Below, piece after piece: positions 1 through 9,495 of a DNA stretch of 32,000 nucleotides; the stretch's first letter is position 1; each line of letters starts with the position of its first letter. The notes below the pieces were generated by a model that worked only from the letters and a program-made list of their open reading frames with translations, searched no databases and was not told the origin of the DNA. A program made the position numbers and the translations under genes. Source of the stretch: Acaryochloris marina MBIC11017 (GTDB taxonomy: Bacteria > Cyanobacteriota > Cyanobacteriia > Thermosynechococcales > Thermosynechococcaceae); the NCBI RefSeq assembly GCF_000018105.1, contig NC_009925.1, positions 1,080,001-1,112,000 of the forward strand, given 5' to 3'.

Positions 1-54
1 CTCGATAGGAGCATCTTCAGATAGGGGAGAGAGGGATGGGCCAGTAGTCATCAT
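1..54 (-). CDS. First 18 codons (MMTTGPSLSPLSEDAPIE) of a CDS that runs off the window. Product unknown. Its position directly downstream of the MCP gene suggests the next gene of the chemosensory operon, possibly a CheA-like kinase.
   Basis: ATGATG at 54..49 on the minus strand, open to the window edge, 49 nt downstream of the pilJ-like stop. Too short for any homology judgement. Confidence 0.25.
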   Translation of the reverse strand, partial: MMTTGPSLSPLSEDAPIE

Positions 55-103
55 GTGTACCTAGTGTCAGTGGACCAAATAATTGGGAATGAATGATGTG
101 AAT

Positions 104-2194
104 CTAGACAGCAAGTGCTGACTCAGATGATGCGGATTCCTCAGATTCTTCAGCAGAAGCAGAGTCTTCAGAGTGTTTCGCAAGCGTGGATTCTTCGGAT
201 TCCGCAGCAGGCGTGAGTTCCTCGGATTCTTCGGCAGGAATTAACTCGTCGGATGGCTCAGCAGACAAGGATCCTTCGGATTGTGAATCAGCATTCAATT
301 TCTCGAGTTGTTCAGAGGGAGCCGTTTGGAGTAGGGTGAAATCTTCTTCGGGCAAAGTGAAGACTTTGACTTTCCCTAACAAGTCATCAGAAAGCTGATT
401 CATGGTGTCTGCTAACTGTTGCGCATCGTCCGACTGACCTGCAATTTGGGCCGAGAGTTGGGCAATGGCCTCCATCGTCATGGCCGTTTGCTCTGAGGTT
501 TGAACAATGTCTTCACTGGTCTTGGCTACGGTCTCACCAGATGCCACCGCTTGTCCGGTCACATCTTGTACCTTTTGGAACACGGATTGGGTATGTCGAA
601 CCCCTTGGGTAAAGTCATCCACCACGCCGCCTAGTCGTTGCACATCGGCGTCTACATCGGTCACAACCCGGTGAATCTGAGCGCTCCGTTGTTCTAGAGA
701 ACCGAGACCGTCGTTGGTTTGTTGAGCCAATTGACTCACCTGGTTAGCAATCGATTCAAATTCTTGCGCCACCTGGGCAAACTTTTTCGGATCGGATTGT
801 TCGGAGGCTCTTGCTGCTACCAACGCTGCATTCAACGCCAACATCTGTGTTTGTTCAGCAATGTCCCCCTGGTCCTGCACAAACTGATCTGTCAAACCCA
901 CGAATTCTCCTAGAGTTTTCATCTGCTGCACGATGCGATCGCTACCCTGTTGCAGCACTTCGATTTCTTCTCTCAACGAACCGATCTCAACTTGACCCTG
1001 GGCCACAGCCGTATTGAGGGTCACCAAGGATTGGTTGGTCGTTGCAAGTTGCTGGGCTGCGTTGGTTGCAAAAGAGCGGACGTTATTGATCAAGCCCAAA
1101 ACCTGCATAACTTCTTGTGATTGCTGATCGGTGTTTCGAGCTACAACCTCTGTAATATCTTTTTGGCGGGTACTGCTCGCCGAAACTTGACGCGACGTTG
1201 CTGATACTTGTTTGAGAATATTGCCCAATTCTTCAATTAAGCGATTGAGCGTATCTGCAATTAAACCCGTGGCTCGATCATTCACCGTTGCTTGGGTTGT
1301 AAAATCTCCTTCCTCAATATTGGCAACCACATCCAGCAGCTCAAGAATATCTCCCTGCAGCTGGTCATTATCTTGGCGAGCCTCTTCTTCTTGTTGTTTC
1401 CGAGACTCAATTTCTTCCTGAAGTTGACTATTCAAAACCAATTGTTCTAGCTGGGATTGATTCACCTTATCCTGGAATTCTTGTCTGTCGCGGACATAGT
1501 CGCGGACGGCAGTTAAGACCAAAATCCAACTGGCTAATAGGATGGGTAAAGCCACTAAACCCGCAAAGCCAATAGATGCTTGGAGCTGGCTTTGATACGC
1601 CTCAAGCTGCTCGTCGATAAAGTACTCAATGAGCTGAGTAACCTGTCGATTGCCTTCCGAATATTGAGCCTTAAGCAGCCCGTATTCATCCCCCTCCAAG
1701 ATCGTTTGAGCTTCTTCAGCCTTGTTTGCTTTAACCAAGCCAAACGCCTGTTCTTCCAGCTCGATTAGTCTTTTATTGGCTTTATCCGTCTTACTCGCTT
1801 CAATCCTGATTTCCTCGGGAACATTGCCAAGGGTTTGGGCAATCGCTTTGTCCAATAAAGGAACATATCGCTCATACCGTTGTAGCCATTTCAAATCGCC
1901 GGTGCTAGCAGCCATTCGTGCAGACATGGTTAGCACTTCATCGTAAAGGGCAATTTCCCCAGTATTTTTTTGCAGCTTAAGTTCGCGCTCAACTATCTGT
2001 TCTAGATTGCGGGAACTGTTCCAGATACTGACCCCACAGCCTGCAGTAACAATTAGACTCGTGGCAATCGTTGCTGAGAGAGTTGCCACCAAGTTTTTTC
2101 TGACAAACTGTTGAACGTGGTGTATAAGAGAAGGAGAAGAATCGATCGGTAAGACTTGATCCAATGTGCCGGACTGAAGTTGATCAGAATTCAT
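104..2194 (-). CDS. pilJ: Methyl-accepting chemotaxis protein (PilJ/HmpD-like): two TM segments, a HAMP-like region, an MCP signalling domain and an acidic Ser/Glu-rich tail
   Basis: 696-aa ORF. Two hydrophobic segments (LVATLSATIATSLIVTAGCGV and GFAGLVALPILLASWILVLTAV) flank a sensor region. The Q/A/S-rich heptad region contains the MCP hairpin-like motif (EQTQMLALNAALVAARA). It is the last gene of a PatA-CheY-CheW-MCP gene order. Confidence 0.85.
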   Translation of the reverse strand: MNSDQLQSGTLDQVLPIDSSPSLIHHVQQFVRKNLVATLSATIATSLIVTAGCGVSIWNSSRNLEQIVERELKLQKNTGEIALYDEVLTMSARMAASTGDLKWLQRYERYVPLLDKAIAQTLGNVPEEIRIEASKTDKANKRLIELEEQAFGLVKANKAEEAQTILEGDEYGLLKAQYSEGNRQVTQLIEYFIDEQLEAYQSQLQASIGFAGLVALPILLASWILVLTAVRDYVRDRQEFQDKVNQSQLEQLVLNSQLQEEIESRKQQEEEARQDNDQLQGDILELLDVVANIEEGDFTTQATVNDRATGLIADTLNRLIEELGNILKQVSATSRQVSASSTRQKDITEVVARNTDQQSQEVMQVLGLINNVRSFATNAAQQLATTNQSLVTLNTAVAQGQVEIGSLREEIEVLQQGSDRIVQQMKTLGEFVGLTDQFVQDQGDIAEQTQMLALNAALVAARASEQSDPKKFAQVAQEFESIANQVSQLAQQTNDGLGSLEQRSAQIHRVVTDVDADVQRLGGVVDDFTQGVRHTQSVFQKVQDVTGQAVASGETVAKTSEDIVQTSEQTAMTMEAIAQLSAQIAGQSDDAQQLADTMNQLSDDLLGKVKVFTLPEEDFTLLQTAPSEQLEKLNADSQSEGSLSAEPSDELIPAEESEELTPAAESEESTLAKHSEDSASAEESEESASSESALAV
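935..942. repeat. HIP1 octamer GCGATCGC (representative copy)
   Basis: Further copies at 7835, 8382, 12348, 14187, 18043, 19291 and 29346. About 0.5 copies are expected by chance in 32 kb. Confidence 0.9.
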
Positions 2195-2299
2195 AAGCGC
2201 AAGCTGTTTACAGTAAGTAAAAGGCCATCAATAAGACATCACAAGCTGTCTTTAGGATGTAGAAGGGATTGGAGAAAATCGGGGGCTATGCTGCATACC

Positions 2300-2770
2300 C
2301 TATCCTTGTGGATGCCATAAGTCTGGGGGAAACCAATCAGGCTGAAATAAGACCTGAGAATCCGTACCTTGGGGGTAGAGTGCCTGGGACGTGAGCACAG
2401 ATGGGGAGAGTTGTTCCTTACTGGCGCTGCCTAAGGTCCTATCAACAATAATGCCCATATTAGTCAACCTTTCTGCCTTGCGGTTGAGCTGCAACACGGT
2501 CACTGTTTCGCGCAAGGTGTTTTCTTGCGTCTGCAGCACCTGATGGGCTGATGCTAAAGGAATAATTTGACTGTTGTGATGGGTCACGCCGCTCAATGGT
2601 GATTGATAAAACGGCAGATCTAGGATTTGGGATCTTTGAATCCTAAAAATCTCAGCAACCCAACGGGCCGGGAAAATCAAAACCCATGCCCCAACCTGAG
2701 TGAGGATATACCTCTCTTTAATGGAGGCTGAAGAAGAGACGATCGATTCAGTGGTCGCAGTAGCTGACAT
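2300..2770 (-). CDS. pilI: CheW-like coupling protein (PilI/HmpC-like)
   Basis: 156-aa ORF lying between the CheY-like and MCP genes. Size and hydrophobic pattern fit a single CheW domain. The call rests mostly on synteny. Confidence 0.65.
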   Translation of the reverse strand: MSATATTESIVSSSASIKERYILTQVGAWVLIFPARWVAEIFRIQRSQILDLPFYQSPLSGVTHHNSQIIPLASAHQVLQTQENTLRETVTVLQLNRKAERLTNMGIIVDRTLGSASKEQLSPSVLTSQALYPQGTDSQVLFQPDWFPPDLWHPQG

Positions 2771-2781
2771 TTACACCTCCA

Positions 2782-3144
2782 TTAAGCGTTAACACGCTGT
2801 AAGATTTCTTCGACGGTTTCATTGGTAACAGGCTTGGTGAGATAGTCATTGGCCCCAGCGCGTTTAATGCCATAGTTCACTTCTAGTGGTGTAGTCTTGC
2901 TGGAACAGAAAACCACGTACTGGTCAGCAGTAGTCGGGTTTAACCGAAGCGATCGTAAAAATTTATACCCATCTTGCCCAGGCATAACGACATCTAGAAA
3001 AACTAGATTGTAGTTACCTGACTCAATCTGTCTGAGGGCATTCTCTGTTCCTTCGCATTCATCAACGTCATGGCCTAGATTTTGCAACATCGAGACTAAG
3101 GCCAATCGATCGACTGCACTGTCATCAATGACTAGTAAACGCAT
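2782..3144 (-). CDS. pilH: Single-domain CheY-like response regulator (PilH/HmpB-like)
   Basis: 120 aa. Receiver signature MRLLVIDDS...FLDVVMPGQDGY...SSK...K with the acidic pocket, phospho-acceptor Asp and conserved Lys. Confidence 0.9.
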   Translation of the reverse strand: MRLLVIDDSAVDRLALVSMLQNLGHDVDECEGTENALRQIESGNYNLVFLDVVMPGQDGYKFLRSLRLNPTTADQYVVFCSSKTTPLEVNYGIKRAGANDYLTKPVTNETVEEILQRVNA

Positions 3145-3202
3145 TTTTCAAACTCCAAAAAACTTGCTTTATCAACAAATTGCTGTGTGAGGCAGCGTAT
3201 TT

Positions 3203-4384
3203 CTAAGCACCTGAAATCATAGATGGACCAAAAACTAATGTGTGGATCAATTCTTGCAACTGTAGTTGAAATTGATTGATCTCAGTTGCTGCGAGGGGTT
3301 TGGTTAGGAACTCGCAACCGCTCCATTGGGCCCGCCATTTATTGGATAGCTTTTGTTCTCCCGTTAAGATCACCAGGGGAATGGCCGCTAAATTTGGCTG
3401 TTGCCGAATTTTCTTTACCAATTCAAAACCCGTAATCCCTGGCATATTAATATCAATAAAAACGATGCCAGGTTTTACTTGATCAATTTGTTCTAAGGCA
3501 GTTTCAGCTTGCTGACAGACTTCCACCTGATACCCCAGCGCTCCCACCAGACTGTGAAATTGCTTAAGGACTAGAGGGGAGTCATCGATAATCATGACTT
3601 TAGTCGATTGAGTCTGTTGCAGAGGCTCTAAATGCAGCAATTCTGCCCGCACCCATTTTGCAAAGAGACGCGCAACTTCCAAAGGATCTTTCGCTAGGCC
3701 AATCGCAATCTTGCTCAAAGGACGCTGGTGCTGAACAATCTTTTCGATCCACTGTCGCTGGGATTGCGGTAAATTAGCCGCGTCAAGAACCTGAGGATCT
3801 AGCACCGGCAACATATTCATCGAAGGGATAATCGGTCGCAGCTGTTGCCATAAGACGAGTCGTTTCTGAGATTCGTCTAATAGTTCAGCGATGGGGATGC
3901 CTGGGACTGGAATGATATCCCGCAGTTGCGCACTGGGGATGAAAGACGCTTCTCCCCCTCCGAGGGTTAGAAATGCATCAAAGTCATTGAGCATCTTCAA
4001 TCTCAAGGCTTGCTGAACCTGTTCAGGCATAATCCCCAGCTGCAGCATATGCTCGTAAATGGCTTTTGCAGTGATCGTTTGGTCCTTGAGAGCAGCCTGC
4101 CAACGGGCAACATGAGGCTTAAGGGATTCCTGGCGGGTCTGTAAAATATAGCGCTTGGCGGCTTGTAGAAGCTCATGATTAGTCCAAGGACGATAGCCGG
4201 AGTAGCTGATGGTCCCCACATCTGTAATACCCAGGTAACCAAAGGTATTCTCTTTTCGGTTCGCCAAGCGAGAGAACTGTATCTTCCAATGTCCATCACC
4301 GTTCATCAATGAGGGGTCCAGTAATTTAGTTGGAAGTTCTTGGGACTGAAAAGAAAATTGCTGAGTTTGTTCTAAAGTCTGCAT
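3203..4384 (-). CDS. pilG: PatA-type response regulator (N-terminal PATAN-like domain plus C-terminal receiver; PilG/HmpA-like)
   Basis: 393 aa. C-terminal receiver domain (KVMIIDDSPLV...FIDINMPGITGFE...LTGE...KPL) follows a roughly 260-aa N-terminal domain. It is the first gene of the operon. Confidence 0.8.
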   Translation of the reverse strand: MQTLEQTQQFSFQSQELPTKLLDPSLMNGDGHWKIQFSRLANRKENTFGYLGITDVGTISYSGYRPWTNHELLQAAKRYILQTRQESLKPHVARWQAALKDQTITAKAIYEHMLQLGIMPEQVQQALRLKMLNDFDAFLTLGGGEASFIPSAQLRDIIPVPGIPIAELLDESQKRLVLWQQLRPIIPSMNMLPVLDPQVLDAANLPQSQRQWIEKIVQHQRPLSKIAIGLAKDPLEVARLFAKWVRAELLHLEPLQQTQSTKVMIIDDSPLVLKQFHSLVGALGYQVEVCQQAETALEQIDQVKPGIVFIDINMPGITGFELVKKIRQQPNLAAIPLVILTGEQKLSNKWRAQWSGCEFLTKPLAATEINQFQLQLQELIHTLVFGPSMISGA

Positions 4385-4443
4385 TTTAGTGGTTCTGCAA
4401 CAAGATCATTGACAACCAAAAGATCTTGGATGAAATCACACTT

Positions 4444-4468
4444 TAAGTTGAATATTACATTCAACTTA
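4444..4468. promoter_or_regulatory. Perfect 10-bp inverted repeat TAAGTTGAAT-N5-ATTCAACTTA, 60-85 nt upstream of the pilG-like start
   Basis: Read directly from the sequence. No U-tract on either strand, so it looks more like an operator than a terminator. Confidence 0.3.
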
Positions 4469-4792
4469 GAGAATGTCCTTCTGAGAATCTATTGCCTGTA
4501 GCTCATCCATACTGACCTAGTGTTCCCCAATTAATCCATATTTCTGGCAGGGAGAATTCTCTGTTTCGAATTAGGACTCTTTTGGATTGTTGATGTGACT
4601 CAATCCCCCAACTTCCCCCTGTTAGCGTTAGTCTATTGAAGTAATGACCTCATTAAGCTTTAGAGGCTAAATAACTAGCTAATTTTGAATGTCTTTCATC
4701 TTATAAGCTAAAAAATAGTTCATAAGAGATGGACAGCATCTAGTGAAAGTTATAAGCCAAAATGATGGAACTTTTAGAGAAATTCCTAGCAT

Positions 4793-6553
4793 TTAGAGAC
4801 TTTTCACGCATTCCTTAAAAAATATTCTCCTCCATTGGGTATCATTCTGGCAATCGCAAGAGATTTCCAATATATGTAAACCGCTTTCTGGTAAAGGGTT
4901 TAAGGCTTGTTGCAAGTGTGCCCAGGACTGAATAAGTGTCCACTTGGCCTGATAGGTTGCTGCCAAATGTTTCAGCTGAACCTGTTGTGGGGTGCGGAAA
5001 AACCGCTCAAATGGGGGGTCAAAGGCTGAGATCGGCAGCATTTGAAAAATGCCGCCTCCTCCATTGTTAACAACAATAATTGTCAAATGGCCTTGCCAAT
5101 AATCCTGCAACAAAAATCCGTTGGTGTCATGAAGTAACGCTAAGTCCCCCGTCAACAGGACGCTACTTTGTTGACGATGGGACATCCCCAAGGCCGTAGA
5201 GAGGGTGCCATCAATGCCGTTTGCCCCTCGATTGAAGTAAGGCTGAATATGCAGGGTTCCTGGCTGCCAAAAATATTCGATATCGCGTACCGGCATGCTA
5301 TTAGCAATAAATAATGGGGTGCGAGGCGGCAGGATTTGAGAAAGTAACCAGGCGATTTTGCTTTCGATAAGTTCTGACTGTTTTTGCATTGCCCGATTGA
5401 TCAGGGTTCGCACTGAATGATTGGCATTTAACCATGACTTTGCATACGCTGTAAGCGGCTGACAGTGTTCCTTCTTAGCTGCAGGGATAGATGTGATCAA
5501 TCCTTCCACGGAGATGCGTACTGGAATAGAGAGACCATGCAATGGATCCATATTGTGATCAGAGACGTCTACCACCCAAGTTTGAGCACGACTCTGGGTC
5601 AGCCACACTCTCAAGACTTTACTGGTTGGCAACGCTCCGATGCTAATGACCTGCTGAGGCTGTAACTGACTGGCAATAGTCGGGTTTCGCAATATCAGGT
5701 CGTAGGTTGAAATCAGATAAGAATTTCGATCTGCCCAATTGCGCAGGGGAGAAAGCCCTTCTGCAAGTACCGGCCAACCCAATATGTGGGCGAGTTGAGC
5801 GATGGCTAAACAATAGTGCTCTGGGGTATCGGGTTGTGCAGGTCCTGCAATAATGAGTCCACGATCGCAACTCATCCACTGATCCAAATAGACGTTGGTG
5901 GTCTGAAGGTCGAGGGAGATCTGGACCGAGGGTAAGGGGTGAACAGCAGCAAAGAATTGATCGATATCGAACGTCGCAGCTAGGCTCTCCGTTTCTAAGT
6001 CGGAGATAGGTGCGAGCGGATCGCGAAACGGAATATTGAGATGGACCGGGCCAGGAACTGGCCTTTGTGATTGTTCCCAGGCGTAAACACAGGTTTGGCG
6101 TAAATAGGCCAGCATCTCTGGATGAGTACTGGGTAATGCTAACTCAACCTGCCACCGTGGATAATGTCCATAGAGCTTGACTTGATCAATGGCTTGGCCC
6201 GCCTGGCAGTGTCGCAGTTCTGGTGGTCGATCTGCCGTGAGTAAAAGTAAGGGGACTCCGCTGGCTTCAGCTTCAATGACGGCTGGGTAGAAATTGGCCC
6301 CTGCGGTCCCGGAGGTGCACACTAATACAACAGGTAAACCCTTACGACGAGCAATACCTAACCCAAAAAAGGCGGCCGAACGCTCGTCTAAAACTGGAAT
6401 GGCTTCAATGTCAGGATGCTGGGCAAAGGCGACGGCTAGAGGGCCTGAGCGAGACCCTGGACAAATGATGGCAGTTGTTAACCCTAATCGGCTCAGGGTT
6501 TCTGCAATAATCGATGACCACAACATATTGACATTGCGAAAATCTAGGGTCAT
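4793..6553 (-). CDS. menD: SEPHCHC synthase (2-succinyl-5-enolpyruvyl-6-hydroxy-3-cyclohexene-1-carboxylate synthase), ThDP-dependent
   Basis: 586 aa. N-terminus NVNMLWSSIIAETLSRLGL..ICPGSRSGPL and a ThDP-binding region (GANGIDGTLSTALG...LTGDLALLHDTNG) typical of MenD. Adjacent to menF. Confidence 0.9.
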   Translation of the reverse strand: MTLDFRNVNMLWSSIIAETLSRLGLTTAIICPGSRSGPLAVAFAQHPDIEAIPVLDERSAAFFGLGIARRKGLPVVLVCTSGTAGANFYPAVIEAEASGVPLLLLTADRPPELRHCQAGQAIDQVKLYGHYPRWQVELALPSTHPEMLAYLRQTCVYAWEQSQRPVPGPVHLNIPFRDPLAPISDLETESLAATFDIDQFFAAVHPLPSVQISLDLQTTNVYLDQWMSCDRGLIIAGPAQPDTPEHYCLAIAQLAHILGWPVLAEGLSPLRNWADRNSYLISTYDLILRNPTIASQLQPQQVISIGALPTSKVLRVWLTQSRAQTWVVDVSDHNMDPLHGLSIPVRISVEGLITSIPAAKKEHCQPLTAYAKSWLNANHSVRTLINRAMQKQSELIESKIAWLLSQILPPRTPLFIANSMPVRDIEYFWQPGTLHIQPYFNRGANGIDGTLSTALGMSHRQQSSVLLTGDLALLHDTNGFLLQDYWQGHLTIIVVNNGGGGIFQMLPISAFDPPFERFFRTPQQVQLKHLAATYQAKWTLIQSWAHLQQALNPLPESGLHILEISCDCQNDTQWRRIFFKECVKSL

Positions 6554-6645
6554 CGTCCTCGCATCATATACAGTTAATTTGATCTGAAGAGGCTGTTGGG
6601 TTGAAAGCAGAGGACTGCAGCCGCTTCTGATACAAGCTTATCTTC

Positions 6646-8058
6646 CTATAACAGTGCATCGAGTAGCGTATGGAGTTTGAGCTGAATTTCGGCCAGTTCT
6701 CGTTGGGGGTCAGAGCCAGCCACAATCCCTGCTCCAGCATAGAGCCGGGCTTGGGAGCCGTTTATCAATGCGGACCGAATGCCGACTGTAAATTCACCAT
6801 TCCCCTGATAATCAATCCACCCTAAAGGAGCTGCATAGAGATGACGTTCAAAGGTTTCTTGTTTGTGAATTTGCTGTTGAGCGACTTCTCGTGACATTCC
6901 TGCTACAGCAGGGGTTGGATGTAAGGCTGCCAAAATTTCCAGTAGATGCAGATGTTGAGGGACTTCAGCGGTGATCAGGGTGCGTAAATGTTGAATATTA
7001 GGGAGCTGGAGCAGATGGGGCAGAGAAGTCACTTGGGGGGTAATCCCCAGTTCCCAGAGGCTATCGCGAATGAAGTCTAGGACAACGCGATGTTCATGGC
7101 CATCTTTTTTACTGCTGAGCAGCTGATTTCCTAAGGCCTGGTCCTCTTCATGGGAAAGCCCTCGAGGTGCTGATCCGGCCAATGCATCCGTCACCAGGTG
7201 GTGATCATGTAATTCAATCAGCCGCTCAGGGCTGGCGCCAATAAAGCTCTGGCCTTGGCCATTACTAACGGCAAAGACATAACATTCTGGATAGCGTTCC
7301 CGGAGAGTTCCCAAGGCATGGCATAAATCCAGCGGTTGAGGTGTTTTGACATCTAAGGTATGAGCTAAGACAAGCTTTTGCAGTTTGTTAGCCTTAATAA
7401 GTCCTAAGGTATCGGCGACTGCTGTTGTAAAAGCGTCTGCATTCGTTAACTGGGGATAGAATTGGGATGCTTGAGATCGGGGTGAAGGACAGCGGCGAGG
7501 CGTTTGTAATAGCTGCCATCGTTCCCAGATGTTCCGGGCCAAGGGTTCTAAGACAGTGTCTGTATCAATAACTGCGTTAGCCACCAGTACTGCTTGGTCC
7601 TGAACACAGGCGACTTGCCAGCGGGGAAGAAAAACGGAAGCTGCGGGGAAAAACGCCTGTTCTTGATTGGTGTGATCAAAGAAGGTAAAACTGCAGAAAA
7701 AATGAGCTCCTGCAAAGGGAAGGTGGAGGGCACCCGCAGAAACGGTATCCACCAAAGAAGTACAGATAAAGTGTTGAGCCTGGGTAAATCTCTGCGTTCC
7801 GTCGATTTGTAAATGGAGTAATGGTTCCGTTGCTGCGATCGCAGTCCGTTGCGACTGTTTTTCCCAGTAAAAATAAGGATGGTCTGCCTGTTGCAGTAAA
7901 TCTAGAGCAGCCAGTGGGTCTAACTTGGGGAGTTCCAAAGAAAGACTGACAACTTGGGCATGTTCCTTCTCAAGGGCGATAGTACGACAGGAAGCGAGAA
8001 ACTCGTGGAGTGACCTGCGGTCCTGAAATAAATTGGCAGAAGAGGAAGTTACTGTCAT
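6646..8058 (-). CDS. menF: Isochorismate synthase
   Basis: 470 aa. Chorismate-binding C-terminal domain motifs (FIGASPERL, ALAGSAPRG, YAAPLGW, AGAGIVAGSDPQRELAEIQLK). Confidence 0.88.
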   Translation of the reverse strand: MTVTSSSANLFQDRRSLHEFLASCRTIALEKEHAQVVSLSLELPKLDPLAALDLLQQADHPYFYWEKQSQRTAIAATEPLLHLQIDGTQRFTQAQHFICTSLVDTVSAGALHLPFAGAHFFCSFTFFDHTNQEQAFFPAASVFLPRWQVACVQDQAVLVANAVIDTDTVLEPLARNIWERWQLLQTPRRCPSPRSQASQFYPQLTNADAFTTAVADTLGLIKANKLQKLVLAHTLDVKTPQPLDLCHALGTLRERYPECYVFAVSNGQGQSFIGASPERLIELHDHHLVTDALAGSAPRGLSHEEDQALGNQLLSSKKDGHEHRVVLDFIRDSLWELGITPQVTSLPHLLQLPNIQHLRTLITAEVPQHLHLLEILAALHPTPAVAGMSREVAQQQIHKQETFERHLYAAPLGWIDYQGNGEFTVGIRSALINGSQARLYAGAGIVAGSDPQRELAEIQLKLHTLLDALL

Positions 8059-8285
8059 GAACTCGAGGATAGCAAGGTGGGCCGCCGGGAATGCAGGTTA
8101 CCTCCAAGGTAAAGGACACAATCTGGCCATAGCATGACCACTAGGTCGGGCCAGACTTCGTACCTAATATTCCATCTAACCATTGAAAGGGGCAACCCGT
8201 GTGGTTCACCGCCCCCTTGTTCACAAATGCTTAGAAAGAGCCAATCCTGTACCCTAAACTTAATGAAGGCCATTGCAATTTTTCT

Positions 8286-9176
8286 ATGACCACCCAAACC
8301 CTGCCAACTCGTAAACTATGGTTCGCTGCCCTAAAGCCCCCTATGTATAGTGTGGCTGTGATACCAATTTGGGTGGGATCTGCGATCGCATGGTCAGAAC
8401 AACAGCACTTAAACGCCCCCATCTTCTGGACTTTCCTCAGCGCCGCCATCCTGATTATTGCCTGGCTTAATCTCACCAATGATGTTTTTGATGCCGACAC
8501 CGGGATTGACGTGAACAAGGCTCATTCCTTGGTTAACTTAACGGGCAATCAGTCCCTGATCTTTTGGCTAGCCAACGGTTTTCTGGGATTAGGCTGTCTA
8601 GGATTAGTAGCGATCGCTTGGTGGCAGCAGGACGTCACGGTATTAGCCCTCATCCTCTTGAGTTGTTTTCTGGGCTACACCTACCAAGGCCCACCGTTCC
8701 GCTTGGGATATCAAGGTCTAGGAGAACTGATTTGTTTTGTTACCTTTGGTCCCCTTGCCGTTTCCGCAGCCTACTATAGTCAAACCCAAGCCTGGTCGAT
8801 TCGCCCCTTACCTGCCGCTATCATTATCGGCCTCACCACCAGCTTGATTCTATTCTGCTCCCATTTTCACCAAGTCGCGGATGATTTATCAGCAGGGAAA
8901 CGGTCCCCCATTGCTCGTCTCGGCACCGCCCGGGGCGCTCGATTATTGCCTTGGATTTGCGGGGGGATTTTTGGGTTGATTTTGATCTTTATGGGGTTCA
9001 ACCTATTTAGCAATGGAGTTGTGTTGAGCTGGGTCAGTCTCCCCCTCGCCATCCATCTCTGTCGACATGTGTGGCGATATCACGATCAGCCAGACCAAGT
9101 TAAAGACTGCAAATTTATCGCGGTAGGCCTACATTTTGTGAGTGGTTTGTTATTAGGAATTGGTTTGCTGGCTTAA
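8286..9176 (+). CDS. menA: 1,4-dihydroxy-2-naphthoate phytyltransferase (UbiA-family prenyltransferase)
   Basis: 296 aa, polytopic membrane protein with the NDxxDxxxD motif (NDVFDADTGID). Divergent from menF-menD. Confidence 0.85.
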   Translation: MTTQTLPTRKLWFAALKPPMYSVAVIPIWVGSAIAWSEQQHLNAPIFWTFLSAAILIIAWLNLTNDVFDADTGIDVNKAHSLVNLTGNQSLIFWLANGFLGLGCLGLVAIAWWQQDVTVLALILLSCFLGYTYQGPPFRLGYQGLGELICFVTFGPLAVSAAYYSQTQAWSIRPLPAAIIIGLTTSLILFCSHFHQVADDLSAGKRSPIARLGTARGARLLPWICGGIFGLILIFMGFNLFSNGVVLSWVSLPLAIHLCRHVWRYHDQPDQVKDCKFIAVGLHFVSGLLLGIGLLA

Positions 9177-9495
9177 TATAGTATCGTTCTACCCTTGAGG
9201 GGCTCTAACTCTCACTTGATGAGTCACCCTTAGTCATTCAGGCTGAGGAGAAGGGTACGGTTATGTCTCACCCTGCTTTAGCAAAAACCGAACCTATGAA
9301 TGCCACAAACTTGCTAGGCTAAAGTTACGCCAACCCTTTTATCTCAGGTGTTTTGACGCTTTTATCACTCAATAAATACAAAGCCTAAGCCTCACCCCCA
9401 GGCTGCGTTCTTACCTGACCAGGGAACCCATGGCTTAACACCCATCGGTTGGTCTCCAGTATTTTTTGTCTTGCTTGACCCAAGGAGTAACGCTA

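Noticed and set aside
8055-8518. 80-aa and 95-aa minus-strand ORFs in the menF-menA spacer and antisense to the menA 5' end
   Set aside because: They are shadow ORFs opposite or adjacent to a strongly supported gene. They have no motifs, and one overlaps the menF start by 4 nt only by virtue of an alternative start.
9182-9194. 13-nt exact repeat AGTATCGTTCTAC, also present at 17859-17871
   Set aside because: Several 13-mer coincidences are expected by chance among about 10^9 position pairs in a 32-kb window. There is no extended similarity around either copy.
9263-9322. 19-codon ORF (MSHPALAKTEPMNATNLLG) with GAGGAG upstream, in the leader of the J-protein gene
   Set aside because: It is too short to evaluate and has no hydrophobic or conserved pattern. 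It could be a uORF, but the support is limited to an SD-like purine tract.
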